The translations under genes and the position numbers were made by a program. Shown piece by piece: positions 17,654 through 28,092 of a stretch of 64,000 nucleotides of DNA (position 1 is its first letter; the number at the start of each line of letters is the position of its first letter). The DNA comes from Gammaproteobacteria bacterium (GTDB taxonomy: Bacteria > Pseudomonadota > Gammaproteobacteria > Eutrophobiales > Eutrophobiaceae): contig CBDCTH010000004.1 in assembly GCA_965222155.1 (NCBI GenBank), forward strand, positions 512,001-576,000, given 5' to 3'. The notes under the pieces are model-generated. The model had not been told where the DNA came from, did not search any database, and was given only the letters and a program-made list of their open reading frames with translations.

Positions 17654-18799
17654 TCAGACAGGGAGTAGTTTCTTGTAGAGCGCTACCAGTTTGTCTGCTT
17701 CGGTTTCCCAATTATAGTATTTTTCAACCGCCTCTCGCCCGCGACGCCCCATGGCTTCGGCTTCAATCGGGTGTTCCAGTATCCACTGCATGGCCGCGCC
17801 AATGGCCTGGGGGTCCAGCGGGTCAACCAGCATCCCGCATCCCGCGTTTTCCACGATACGCCGCCACAGGGGAAAATCAGACACGATAACCGGCAGGCCC
17901 ACGGACATGTATTCGAACATTTTAGTGGGGTAGGCATCCAGGTATTTCGGAGTGGGATGCAATAGCACCAGCCCGGCTCGCACATTGCACAATATTGCCG
18001 CTACCCGGGTTCGATCGGCCCACCCGAAAAACTCTACCTGGCGCCATCCTGATGATGTTTCGATGTCTTTTTTCAGATCGGCTGGTTGAAAGACCCCGGC
18101 GAGGCACAGCCGGATATCTTTTTTTCCGGTATGGCCTAGCGCTTCGACCATTTCGAGAATGCCGCGGATCCGGGTAATTCCGCCGATATACGCAAAGTGC
18201 GCAGGACGACTCTCATATGCTGAGCCAGTTGAAGTGACGAGTTCATCCAATATGGGAAAATTTTGTACCAATACGGTTTTCCGGGAAGGAAAACGCTCGG
18301 CAACATGGGGTTCTGCCGATACGATTGCATCAAACGCCTGACTTGCCAGCCATTCAACCAGTGAAATAACCCAGGAAACCGACTGCCGTGTGAATGCCGG
18401 CAACCAGTATTTTGTCAGTACCTGGCGCGGTACGTCTTCATGCACATCATAAACCACCCTGTAGCCGAAACACTTCAAAACAAGTCCTAATGTCATCAGT
18501 TCAGGATCATGGAAATGCACCACCTGCGGGCGCAACCTGTGCACGGCGCGCCACATTCGCCAGACACCCAGGGTCATTCTCGCGAGACGTCCACCGGGAG
18601 ACGGACCGGTATCAATAATATGAATCTTTCCACCTGCCTCGACAGAATCACCTTTGCCATCCTGGGCGAATAATGCGACCGGTTCTCCCAGGGCCTTTGC
18701 CAGTGACCCTGTTTCCCTTACTCGAATACGGGTGTCTGCGCGTGGATGAACATTGGTTATATGGGCGATTTTTATACGTTCCATATCAGTTATGGTCAT
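17654..18799 (-). CDS. GT4 glycosyltransferase
   Basis: VHFHDPEL, YDVHED, PTKMFEYMSVGLPVIVSDFP. Confidence 0.9.
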   Translation of the reverse strand: MTITDMERIKIAHITNVHPRADTRIRVRETGSLAKALGEPVALFAQDGKGDSVEAGGKIHIIDTGPSPGGRLARMTLGVWRMWRAVHRLRPQVVHFHDPELMTLGLVLKCFGYRVVYDVHEDVPRQVLTKYWLPAFTRQSVSWVISLVEWLASQAFDAIVSAEPHVAERFPSRKTVLVQNFPILDELVTSTGSAYESRPAHFAYIGGITRIRGILEMVEALGHTGKKDIRLCLAGVFQPADLKKDIETSSGWRQVEFFGWADRTRVAAILCNVRAGLVLLHPTPKYLDAYPTKMFEYMSVGLPVIVSDFPLWRRIVENAGCGMLVDPLDPQAIGAAMQWILEHPIEAEAMGRRGREAVEKYYNWETEADKLVALYKKLLPV

Positions 18800-18811
18800 G
18801 CTGCCTGTTTC

Positions 18812-20068
18812 TTAATCGGCCGTACTAAGCCTGAATGAACACAGTGCCTGCAACAGGTAAAACAGACACCCCGATACCGACAGTAGTATCACCAGTAAAA
18901 CCGCATCTTCATTAACCCATCCCAGGAATAGGGATAGCGTCACCATCAGGAAAAAGAAAGCCTGAAGAAATAAAACCAGCATCAGCTTTTCCCTGATGTA
19001 AAGAACACCGCCCAGGGGAGCGCATACCAGCCTGAACAGCGCCATAGGGGCCAGTATTGTTGCGTAAAGTCCCGCTTCACGCCACTCCTCGCCGAATATA
19101 AATGCAAATATTTCCGGGCCAAAGAGCATTATCAGCACAGCCGGTGGTAATCCAATGATAACCAGGAACCTGAAGGTTTTGATGAATAAAGGTTTGCACG
19201 TGCCATGCTCTTTCAAGTCTTCCATCGCTTTATTCCTGAACACGTGCAATATTGATTCTCCAAGCAACGAGATTGGCATCATGAGTACCCTGAACACCAG
19301 AAAATACAGTCCCGCGACAACGCTGGTAAATATTACAGGGATGAACAAGTACGGCATCTGCAATGACAGTATATTCAGCAGGCTTGCCGGCGATCCCAAA
19401 AAAGGGAATTTCCTGTACCTGCGGATCAGTGCAAGTAGTTTGACCCGGTTAAACCCGGGTAGTGTTACGGTTGGCTTTATTGCCTTTATGATTAAAACCA
19501 GCCCTGCAACTCTGCCCAGACAGTCCGCCAGTGCAAGCCCGGACATGATTTTAGTCAGAACCCCGACGATCAGCTGGAGGACTGATATCGAGCCGCTCTG
19601 GATAACCCGGCTCTGACTCATCAGTTCATATTGTTTTTTTCTGTTCAACCAGTGCAGTAAAACCTTGTAAACGGAAAAAAGAAAAATGCTGAACGGCACA
19701 ATATACAACCAACTCTCGATTTCCGGTTGTCCGGAAAGCACTGCAATCTGATGTCCCCATATGACAATCAACAACAGGATGATAATGCTCAATACACCCG
19801 ACATAATAAAGCTGATAAAGGCCAGCTGTACCGCCTCGCTGTCTTTTCTGGCAATCAGTACAGCCATTTCGAGTCGCCCGGTCACGATCATGGCTCCTAT
19901 GGAGATTAAAGCCATATAAACGGCAAACAAGCCAAATTCAGCAGGTGAGTAAATTCGGGTCAGGATCGGCGTGATTACAACCGGAATGGCTTGAGCGATT
20001 GTTGTGCCTGACATCAAGGTCAGCACGTTTCGAGCATATTCTGATTTAACCCATGTGTTGCGGAACAC
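18812..20068 (-). CDS. wzx: Wzx-type oligosaccharide flippase
   Basis: NVLTLMSGTTIAQ...PILTRIYSPAEFG, many TM segments; start uncertain (GTG 20068; ORF open to 20203). Confidence 0.85.
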   Translation of the reverse strand: MFRNTWVKSEYARNVLTLMSGTTIAQAIPVVITPILTRIYSPAEFGLFAVYMALISIGAMIVTGRLEMAVLIARKDSEAVQLAFISFIMSGVLSIIILLLIVIWGHQIAVLSGQPEIESWLYIVPFSIFLFSVYKVLLHWLNRKKQYELMSQSRVIQSGSISVLQLIVGVLTKIMSGLALADCLGRVAGLVLIIKAIKPTVTLPGFNRVKLLALIRRYRKFPFLGSPASLLNILSLQMPYLFIPVIFTSVVAGLYFLVFRVLMMPISLLGESILHVFRNKAMEDLKEHGTCKPLFIKTFRFLVIIGLPPAVLIMLFGPEIFAFIFGEEWREAGLYATILAPMALFRLVCAPLGGVLYIREKLMLVLFLQAFFFLMVTLSLFLGWVNEDAVLLVILLSVSGCLFYLLQALCSFRLSTAD

Positions 20069-20094
20069 TTTGCGATACCAGTTGTATTGTAATT

Positions 20095-21540
20095 TCAGCT
20101 TCGGCCGATCGACGGGTTGACCAATGCCTGGGCCAGAACACCCCATCCCAGTGCGGGCAGAGGCCAATAGACCGATTTGGATACGATTATCAGCAGCAGA
20201 CAAACGAAATTAAGCATAAACGCGAAAGTCCAGAGCGGCGCCTCCTGCTGTTTCAGGATGACTTGGCAGGCGGGCACCAGAAAACCAGACAGTGTCAGGG
20301 ATACGTACATGAGGAAGCCTGCAAGACCGTAGGTAACCCATGCCGACAGGGCATTGTGTGCATAGCGTCCGGTGTGGCCTTTTGCATATTTCCCGGTGTC
20401 TTCCTTTAATACGTGCCCGCCGAATTCACCCGTCAGCGGACTCGCGGCGATTTGTTTGAGGGCAATTTCCTGCAGGGCCAGCCTGCCTGCCCAGGATTTT
20501 GATGAAGAGAAATCAAGCACTTCAAATTGGCGGCTGAGACGGGGGAGTTCGTTCCCTTCGTCGGGAGAAGACCGTGTACCTGCCTGATCAGGGGCTGGCG
20601 TTTGCGCCGCTTCATCCGCGCCGGAAGACTTATCAGTGATTTGCGTCTGCGCACCATCACCGCTGGAAGAGTGGCTGTCCGTGGTCGGCGACTCCACAGC
20701 TTCATCAGGAGAAATGGATTCCACAAAGACTTCTATCCGGGGCGATACATCGGGTTCTGCCAGGATAAATACTTCCAGGCAAAGAAGTAACAGGAGTAAA
20801 AAATACTTTGGCTGTCTTATGCCTGAAATGACACACACCACGGCGGATAAGGCCAGAAACGCATAAAAGTCCGAGCGGCTGACCAGCAGGTAAAGTATAA
20901 ACACGCCGCCAAGAATAAAAAAAGCCCTGGAACGGAATGAGTTGAAGACTGCCATCAGCAACAACAGGGTAATCAGGATACTGCGGGCAAATCCCTGATA
21001 GGTGGATACATCTGTCGTATTCCCGTAGAGACGGTGGGCATTGTACATATTTTCGCCGGTACTGATGTAGAAATAGAGAAGAAAGCCAAGGATCACGACA
21101 AAACTGGTGAAGAATGACCAGCGTAGCGTAGTGGATTGCAACGGAAGCAGTAAGCCGATGAGAAACAGGGCGGACCAGAGGATAACTGTTTCCAGGGATT
21201 GCAGGCCGGCACTGGTTATATAATCACCACTGAGGATTAAATAGTGTGCGAGTGTCCAGACTGAGGTATAGAACAGGAATACCAGCACCGCTAGAACATA
21301 ACGGTTCCTGATGATTTTTTGCAGCCAGACGATATTCCAGGGCAACAGCACAAGGAATGCCGACAGGGCGCCCAGGGCAACGTAACCAAACAACCCGGCG
21401 GCAAATGGCGGGATCAGGCCCATGGCAACTAACTGGTGGTAAAACAGAAAACCGGGGAACAACAGGAATAAGCCGACGCCTGCAATCTTCGCTGACACTG
21501 CTCCGGCTCGCGCGGATTGATCGGGCTTGTCAATCAGCAT
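20095..21540 (-). CDS. Wzy_C-domain membrane protein (O-antigen ligase/polymerase/O-OTase-like)
   Basis: Multi-TM; SRS motif, GRL, YAHNALSAWVTYGLAG; low-complexity S/T/D/A/P insert. Confidence 0.65.
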   Translation of the reverse strand: MLIDKPDQSARAGAVSAKIAGVGLFLLFPGFLFYHQLVAMGLIPPFAAGLFGYVALGALSAFLVLLPWNIVWLQKIIRNRYVLAVLVFLFYTSVWTLAHYLILSGDYITSAGLQSLETVILWSALFLIGLLLPLQSTTLRWSFFTSFVVILGFLLYFYISTGENMYNAHRLYGNTTDVSTYQGFARSILITLLLLMAVFNSFRSRAFFILGGVFILYLLVSRSDFYAFLALSAVVCVISGIRQPKYFLLLLLLCLEVFILAEPDVSPRIEVFVESISPDEAVESPTTDSHSSSGDGAQTQITDKSSGADEAAQTPAPDQAGTRSSPDEGNELPRLSRQFEVLDFSSSKSWAGRLALQEIALKQIAASPLTGEFGGHVLKEDTGKYAKGHTGRYAHNALSAWVTYGLAGFLMYVSLTLSGFLVPACQVILKQQEAPLWTFAFMLNFVCLLLIIVSKSVYWPLPALGWGVLAQALVNPSIGRS

Positions 21541-22784
21541 GAATTGTTTAACTTTTCCAGATAACTTACAAAATTCGGGTAGATAATTTCAGCATTGAAG
21601 CGACTCTCGAACAAATTGAGGGCATTGCCGGAAAGCTCATTCCTGGTTTCGGGAGATTCAATCAGTCTGTTAACGTGTTGCAACAGTTCAGTCGCAGAGC
21701 TATAGGTGAAGCCGCAATTGTACTTCTCTATATATTCTTTTGATATGCCTTGCAACCATGTGATGATGGGCAAGCCGCTGCTGATGGATTCGAAAAACTT
21801 GTTTGACAGTGAATTCTGGTAGTCTTTGCGTCTTTCGACAGGTTGAATTGCCGCCAGGCTGTGCTTCCTGAGCCAGAACAGGTTGTCGAAATCAACCTCT
21901 CCCGGCAGAACAACATTACTGTAATCTTTCGACATGTCTATTATTTTTTCTCTATACTGTCCTGTCCCGCAGAATACGAACTTCACCCCGGGTTTAATCC
22001 GTTGCAGATTTCCGGCAGCACTCAGCACAGTACCATATACGGAATACACGGTCCGATTCAGTCTTCCTGCAAAGTAAATAATGGCATCATCATACAGGTT
22101 AACCTGTTTGCGTTTCCAGAATTCCGAAGAGGCATCCTCGTCCAGTGCCGGGACAGTCTGTTGATACCCCAACTCAAATACGCCGTCGTTTTCACCTGGC
22201 TTCCGTCCTGCATACTTCAACAGGTGATCCCGGAAAAAATCTGTGATGCCGACCAGGCCGGTAGCCTGCCTGCATGCAAAGCGCAGATCTCTTTTCATCG
22301 ACATAATCACCGGGTATGCCAGCACGGATTTCAAGCCGGTCAGTTCCGCTTCGAGAATATCCGGCCACATGTCCCTGGCATCCAGTACCAGGGGGATTTT
22401 GAACTTCCGTGAAATTAATGCGCACGCTTTAGCAAGTGAAGGTGTCGGCATGGCGCATACGACAATATCCGGCTTTTCCAGTTTTAAAGCCTGCTTGTAA
22501 AACTTGTGATATAGCAGCTGATTGTTCAGGAGCCGTGCGCTGGAAACCGGCTTTTGATAGGTGACTGCCGCATGAATGAACTTGATATCGTAGCTTGATT
22601 TATAACTGACTGTGTGGTCTTTTCCGAATCTTCCGGTTACGGTCAGATGATTAAAATCTGAGCACCAGCGCGTTACTGCATGACCTTTTTTGAGTAGTGC
22701 ATCAGCTAGCATGGACATTCTGTAGGGCCGAAAACCTGTATCTGTCGGAACAGGTTCCTCAAGTTTTACCAACCAGACATGCAT
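21534..22784 (-). CDS. GT4 glycosyltransferase (WbuB-like)
   Basis: LDARDMWPD, SNKFFESISSGLPI. Confidence 0.85.
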   Translation of the reverse strand: MHVWLVKLEEPVPTDTGFRPYRMSMLADALLKKGHAVTRWCSDFNHLTVTGRFGKDHTVSYKSSYDIKFIHAAVTYQKPVSSARLLNNQLLYHKFYKQALKLEKPDIVVCAMPTPSLAKACALISRKFKIPLVLDARDMWPDILEAELTGLKSVLAYPVIMSMKRDLRFACRQATGLVGITDFFRDHLLKYAGRKPGENDGVFELGYQQTVPALDEDASSEFWKRKQVNLYDDAIIYFAGRLNRTVYSVYGTVLSAAGNLQRIKPGVKFVFCGTGQYREKIIDMSKDYSNVVLPGEVDFDNLFWLRKHSLAAIQPVERRKDYQNSLSNKFFESISSGLPIITWLQGISKEYIEKYNCGFTYSSATELLQHVNRLIESPETRNELSGNALNLFESRFNAEIIYPNFVSYLEKLNNSC

Positions 22785-22810
22785 TATTATTCAATTACTT
22801 TGACGATCAC

Positions 22811-23926
22811 TCAATGCTGCCAGGAAAATTTGATAAAGTAATCCTTAACGCCGTCAATGATTTGCCGGACGTCCTTATCCGAAAGATGTTCACCCACGGG
22901 TAAACTCAATAATTGAGAATCCGTACGATTACAGAATGTATCGTCTGCTTCCTGGCCTAAATAGTGATAGGCATCCAGTTTTGGCAGTGCAACCGGATAA
23001 TGTATGCCGGTTTGAATTCCTTTTTCATACAGAAACGCTTTGATAGCATCCCGGTTTTCAACTCGTATGACAAATAGATGGTAAACATGCCTGGCCCACT
23101 TCTTTCTGACAGACAGAATGCAGGCTGAAATACCGGAAAGCGCATTAAAATATTTCCCGGCAATATCAATTCTACGTTCTGTCCATTGCTCAATGTGTTG
23201 CAGTTTTACGGATAAAACTGCTGCCTGAAGCCCGTCCAGCCTGGAATTCCTGCCTTCAAATTCATGGTTGTATTTGGAGACCCGTCCATGGTTGGCGATT
23301 TTTCTCAGCCGGATAGCCTTCTCTTCAGTCTGTACGGTAATCGCGCCGGCATCGCCATACGCACCCAGGTTCTTGCCCGGATAAAAGCTGAATATGCCAA
23401 AATGACCTATTGATCCCACGCGCCGATCTTTGTATTCGGAACCATGAGCCTGTGCACAGTCTTCTATTACAACTAAATCATGTTCTTCAGCCAGTTCCAT
23501 AACCGGGTCCATGTCACAGGGGTGGCCGTAAAGATGCACGGCTATAATTGCCTTCGTATTGCCTGTAATGTGGGGCTTAATCGTGTCTGCGCTTATTGTA
23601 TAAGTGTTGTGGTCAACATCTGCGAACCTGACTCTGTGATTTGTACGGGTAACGGCCTCGGCACATGAAATGAACGTATTGCCCGGAACGATAACCTCAC
23701 TGCCGATTGGTAAATTGGCGGCTTCCAAAGCTATCTCTAAAGCATCTGTACCATTGCCGACGCCGACACAATAATTACTTTGGCAATATTCAGCGAATGC
23801 GGTTTCAAACTGCTCTACTGTCTCACCACCAATAAATGCTGCATTTTCTATTACATTGAAAATTGCCGTATCTATCGATTCTTTAATCCCGTGATATTGT
23901 GCCGTCAAATCCAGAAATTTAATCAT
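22811..23926 (-). CDS. DegT/DnrJ aminotransferase (WbpE/WlbC-like)
   Basis: NGTDAL, VHLYG, EDCAQAHG, SFYPGKNLGAYGDAG, NSRLD. Confidence 0.9.
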   Translation of the reverse strand: MIKFLDLTAQYHGIKESIDTAIFNVIENAAFIGGETVEQFETAFAEYCQSNYCVGVGNGTDALEIALEAANLPIGSEVIVPGNTFISCAEAVTRTNHRVRFADVDHNTYTISADTIKPHITGNTKAIIAVHLYGHPCDMDPVMELAEEHDLVVIEDCAQAHGSEYKDRRVGSIGHFGIFSFYPGKNLGAYGDAGAITVQTEEKAIRLRKIANHGRVSKYNHEFEGRNSRLDGLQAAVLSVKLQHIEQWTERRIDIAGKYFNALSGISACILSVRKKWARHVYHLFVIRVENRDAIKAFLYEKGIQTGIHYPVALPKLDAYHYLGQEADDTFCNRTDSQLLSLPVGEHLSDKDVRQIIDGVKDYFIKFSWQH

Positions 23927-24386
23927 TGAACGTCCTTTTCAGGGTTGCAGGGTTGCCGGCGTAGATTCCCGGTTCCAGGATATCTTTAGTCACTACGCTT
24001 CCGGCCCCTATCACTACATGATCGGTAATATTTACCGGTAGAATTGTCGAGTTGCTTCCAATAGATACATTATTTCCTATACGGGTTTTTCCCCACCTGG
24101 ATTTATCTCCGCCCGCGGGTGCTCCATCGGCAAACCGATCGTTTATAAACATGACCCCATGTCCGATAAAACACTCGGACCCTATGGAAACCAGTTCACA
24201 TATAAAGGCGTGTGACTGGATTTTAGTAGAGTCCCCGATAACGGCATCTTTTTGTATTTCAACAAAGGGGCCTATAAAGACATTTTCTCCCAGGACACAA
24301 CCATAAAGATTGACTGGTTGGATAATTGTAACGCTGTCTGGAATTTCAGCGTTCACTATAGAGATGCGCTTGGACGTATAAGGCAT
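23919..24386 (-). CDS. Hexapeptide N-acetyltransferase (WbpD/WlbB-like)
   Basis: GPFVEIQ, KIQSH, GHGVMFIND, GAGSVVTKD, GNPA. Confidence 0.88.
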   Translation of the reverse strand: MPYTSKRISIVNAEIPDSVTIIQPVNLYGCVLGENVFIGPFVEIQKDAVIGDSTKIQSHAFICELVSIGSECFIGHGVMFINDRFADGAPAGGDKSRWGKTRIGNNVSIGSNSTILPVNITDHVVIGAGSVVTKDILEPGIYAGNPATLKRTFND

Positions 24387-24389
24387 GGC

Positions 24390-25457
24390 TTATTTACCCA
24401 GACGACAGTTTACCGGTGAAAAACGTAATTTGACCTCTTTACCTGTTTCAATAGATTCATATATTGCGCTGATCAGTTCCAGGCTGCGTCGACCACCCAG
24501 TCCGTCAACCAGGTGTTGCTTCCCGTTTACGATACTGTCGACTACGTGATGGTAATACTCTTTATGACCAAACCCGTAAACGTCAGGAGGGTTAACGGAA
24601 TACTGTTGAATAACACTCTTATCTTCGTTTATTTCATTAACAAAGTTCCAGACTTTCATATGATTTACCGCAAAACCACCGATTTCCACACACCCTGTCT
24701 CACCCAGGATGGATAAGGACCCTTCCAGATCTACCGGTCTGGTGGCAGTCGTAGCCTCAATCAGGCCGAGCGCTCCGTTTTTAAACTTCAGGGTAACAAC
24801 TGCAGTATCTTCCACTTCGATATCAACCAATGCCGTTGTACTCATTGCGAAGACACTTTCAACCTCACCCATCATCCATTCAAGTAAATCTATATGATGG
24901 CTTGCCTGGTTCGTCAGAACGCCGCCATCCAGTGCCCAGGTGCCCCGCCAGTGATCCTGATCGTAATAAGCTTGTTGCCTGCACCAGCGCACTCTTACGG
25001 TACCCAGTACCAGTTTGCCGAAGCGGCCGGCTTCAAGTGCTTCACGCGTTTTTACAACCGGCACATTAAACCGGTTTTGCTTTACCACAAAGAGTTTACA
25101 GCCGGAAGTGTCACAGGCCTTTATCATGGCGTCAGCGTCGTCCAGCGTCAATGCCATGGGTTTTTCGACGACAATATGCTTGCCATAGCCCGATAGCTCT
25201 ATAACATGTTTTGCATGGTAACCGCTTTCCGTAAGAACAACGACAACGTCGATATCTTCAGACCGCATCATTTCATGCATATCCGAATAGGAAGGCAGAT
25301 CAAACTGGTTTGCTGTTTTTTCAGCTTTTTCAGGCACAATGTCACAGACGGTAGCCAACTTTGCGCCTGCAATTCGATTATATCCCAGTAGTTCAGAGTG
25401 ACGTTTCGAGATCCTGCCACAACCAACCAGGGCAAACTTCAACATGTTTTTTTCCAT
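24390..25457 (-). CDS. Gfo/Idh/MocA oxidoreductase (WbpB/WlbA-like sugar 3-dehydrogenase)
   Basis: GCGRIS, EKPMAL, VKQNRFN, RWCR, DGGVLTNQASHHID. Confidence 0.88.
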   Translation of the reverse strand: MEKNMLKFALVGCGRISKRHSELLGYNRIAGAKLATVCDIVPEKAEKTANQFDLPSYSDMHEMMRSEDIDVVVVLTESGYHAKHVIELSGYGKHIVVEKPMALTLDDADAMIKACDTSGCKLFVVKQNRFNVPVVKTREALEAGRFGKLVLGTVRVRWCRQQAYYDQDHWRGTWALDGGVLTNQASHHIDLLEWMMGEVESVFAMSTTALVDIEVEDTAVVTLKFKNGALGLIEATTATRPVDLEGSLSILGETGCVEIGGFAVNHMKVWNFVNEINEDKSVIQQYSVNPPDVYGFGHKEYYHHVVDSIVNGKQHLVDGLGGRRSLELISAIYESIETGKEVKLRFSPVNCRLGK

Positions 25458-25662
25458 TCCAATGCACTCAGCCAGCAAATTTTTAAAAACCCATCATTAC
25501 ATCATTTGTATAATCAATATAATTTAAACTATAGACAGTTTGAAGTAGTTCCCGAAATTTGATTTAGAGATGTAATATATCAGGATGCTGAAAAGAAGCA
25601 GAATATGAAGAGTCCGGCAAAGCAGCTGGCTGACCTGATGGACAGGTGTTTGGTGGCTTGAC

Positions 25663-26268
25663 TTGTACCTTTTCTCAAAAAGGTTGTTTGATCTGGTTTT
25701 CAGCCTGTTCCTGGTAATCTTGCTGTTGCCGTTGTTTAGCCTGCTGTCCGTTGTGGTTTACGTCAACCTGGGCAGTCCCATATTGTTCCGGCAGCAACGG
25801 CCGGGATTGCATGGTAATCCATTTACCTTTTTCAAGTTTCGCACCATGGACGACAAGACGGAGGAAAACGGACAATTGTTGCCTGATGATGCGAGGCTGA
25901 CCGGCCTGGGCAGCTTTCTGCGTAGAACCAGCCTGGATGAATTACCCCAGTTTTTTAATGTCATCAAAGGCGAAATGAGTCTCATCGGGCCAAGGCCCCT
26001 GTTGATGGAATACCTCGAACTCTATACTGATGAGCAGATGCGCCGGCACGACGTAAAGCCCGGGATCACCGGTTGGGCGCAGGTCAATGGCCGCAATGCC
26101 ATTTCCTGGGAGGAAAAGTTCAGGTTGGACCTCTGGTATGTTGATAACCATTTTTTTTTACTGGACTGCAGGATCATTCTGCTGACCCTGGTAAAGATCA
26201 TGAAAAGAGACGGAATAAATCAGGAAGGCAGTGCGACTATGGAAAAATACAAGGGCCTCAGCTCATGA
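25663..26268 (+). CDS. pglC: Initiating phosphoglycosyl transferase (PglC-like)
   Basis: KRLFD, FKFRTM, SLDELPQ, MSLIGPRPLL, PGITGWAQVNGRN. Confidence 0.88.
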   Translation: MYLFSKRLFDLVFSLFLVILLLPLFSLLSVVVYVNLGSPILFRQQRPGLHGNPFTFFKFRTMDDKTEENGQLLPDDARLTGLGSFLRRTSLDELPQFFNVIKGEMSLIGPRPLLMEYLELYTDEQMRRHDVKPGITGWAQVNGRNAISWEEKFRLDLWYVDNHFFLLDCRIILLTLVKIMKRDGINQEGSATMEKYKGLSS

Positions 26269-26906
26269 GTTCATTGCTGATTTTCGGGGCGGGAGGTCAT
26301 GGAAAGGTGGTAGCTGAAACTGCAAGGGCTATGGATAACTGGCCGGAAATCGTTTTTGCAGATGATGCTTATCCGCAGGTAAAGTCCGTCAGTGATTATC
26401 CGGTCATCGCTGACTTCCAGAGAGCGAGGTCATTGAATGGAACCCATCCGGATGTGATCGTCGCCATTGGCGATAACCATAAACGCCTGGAGTTGACGCT
26501 GGAACTTCAGCGAGCAGGGTTTAACCCGGTTACTCTTATCCATCCTGAAGCAGTAGTAGCGCGCTCAGTTCGTATTGAAACGGGCACGGTAATCTTTGCG
26601 CAAGCGGTCGTACAGGCAGATGCCCGGGTGGGAACTGCCGTGATCATCAATACTGCGGCTACGGTGGATCATGATTGTGTAATAGGTAAAGGGACTCACC
26701 TGTCTCCCGGCTCGCACCTTGGTGGTGAAGTCAAGGTAGGTGATTACAGTTGGCTGGGAATGGGCGCCGTGGTGATCAACCGGGTGACTATCGGACAGGG
26801 CGTGACAGTTGGAGCAGGCTCGTGTGTGATTGATGATCTCCCTGATAAGGTCACGGTGGTTGGTGTGCCTGCCCGTCCCGTACGACAAAAGTCTGCGGCC
26901 TGCTGA
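26265..26906 (+). CDS. pglD: PglD/NeuD-family acetyltransferase
   Basis: GAGGHGKVV, AIGDN, NTAATVDHDC, hexapeptide repeats. Confidence 0.85.
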   Translation: MSSLLIFGAGGHGKVVAETARAMDNWPEIVFADDAYPQVKSVSDYPVIADFQRARSLNGTHPDVIVAIGDNHKRLELTLELQRAGFNPVTLIHPEAVVARSVRIETGTVIFAQAVVQADARVGTAVIINTAATVDHDCVIGKGTHLSPGSHLGGEVKVGDYSWLGMGAVVINRVTIGQGVTVGAGSCVIDDLPDKVTVVGVPARPVRQKSAAC

Positions 26907-26925
26907 AACAGTTAATCCATACGTC

Positions 26926-28089
26926 ATGCTGCCCGCTCTTCCTACCTGGCCGGTATACAGTGAAGCTGAAAGAACTGCGGTCGCCCGGGTACTGGAAACG
27001 GGCCTGGGAAATTACTGGTTCGGCCGGGAGGGAAAAGACTTTGAACGGGAGTTTGCTGCGTACTGCGGCGTCAATCATGGCCTGGCTGTAGCGAACGGGA
27101 CCGTTGCCCTGGAACTCTGTTTGCGGGCATCGGGAATCGGTCCCGGTGATGAAGTGGTGACCACCCCCCGATCTTTTGTTGCCACGGCGAACAGTATAGT
27201 TTTGTGCGGCGCCAGGCCGGTCTTCGCCGACGTCGACCCGGACAGCCAGACTATCACCCCTGCATCCGTTGAAGCCGTTATGACGGACAGGACGCGTGCT
27301 ATCCTGGCGGTACACCTGGCCGGCTGGCCCTGTGATATGGCCGGGTTGAAGGGACTGGCCGAGGAAAACGGCCTGCACCTCATTGAGGATTGCGCCCAGG
27401 CCCACGGCGCTGCCATTGACGGGGTAAAAGTCGGCGCTTTGGGACACATCGCCGCATTTTCCTTCTGTCACGACAAGATTATATCCACCGGTGGAGAAGG
27501 TGGTATGCTTATTACCAATGATGAAGAACTCTGGGCAAAAGCAGCCGCCTTCAGAAATCATGGCCGTGACCCGAGAAGCATGCCGACGGGCAATCATGAA
27601 TACCCCTACCTGCACGGGTCGGTCGGCAGTAATTACCGGATGACGGAAATGCAGTCGGCAATCGGCAGGCATCAATTAACCCGGTTGGACCCGTGGCTTG
27701 AAGAAAGAAGGCGCAATGCCATGCTGTTGAGGAATGCCTTGACCGGTATGGATATCCTCCGTTTACCGGCGCCTGCAGAGAATATAAAACACGCGTATTA
27801 CCGGTTTTATGCATTTTTAAGGAAGGAAAAACTGCATTCGGACTGGAACAGGGCCAGGCTTGTCGATGCCCTGCGCAATACAGGTATCCCTTGCGATACC
27901 GGCATCTGTCCCGAGATTTACCGGGAACCGGCTTATCAGGGCCCAGAACCCCGGGGGCATCCGCGCTTACCTTATGCCAGGGCGTTGGGGGAGACTTCCA
28001 TTGCATTTCCTGTGCATCCGGGCATAGGCGATGAGTTGATGGCAGCCATGGCCGGCATGATACGCGCGGTGCTGTCCAGGGCCTGTTGA
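26926..28089 (+). CDS. DegT-family aminotransferase (PglE-like)
   Basis: NGTVAL, VHLAG, EDCAQAHG, SFCHDKIISTGGEGG, NYRMTEMQ. Confidence 0.88.
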   Translation: MLPALPTWPVYSEAERTAVARVLETGLGNYWFGREGKDFEREFAAYCGVNHGLAVANGTVALELCLRASGIGPGDEVVTTPRSFVATANSIVLCGARPVFADVDPDSQTITPASVEAVMTDRTRAILAVHLAGWPCDMAGLKGLAEENGLHLIEDCAQAHGAAIDGVKVGALGHIAAFSFCHDKIISTGGEGGMLITNDEELWAKAAAFRNHGRDPRSMPTGNHEYPYLHGSVGSNYRMTEMQSAIGRHQLTRLDPWLEERRRNAMLLRNALTGMDILRLPAPAENIKHAYYRFYAFLRKEKLHSDWNRARLVDALRNTGIPCDTGICPEIYREPAYQGPEPRGHPRLPYARALGETSIAFPVHPGIGDELMAAMAGMIRAVLSRAC

Positions 28090-28092
28090 TCC

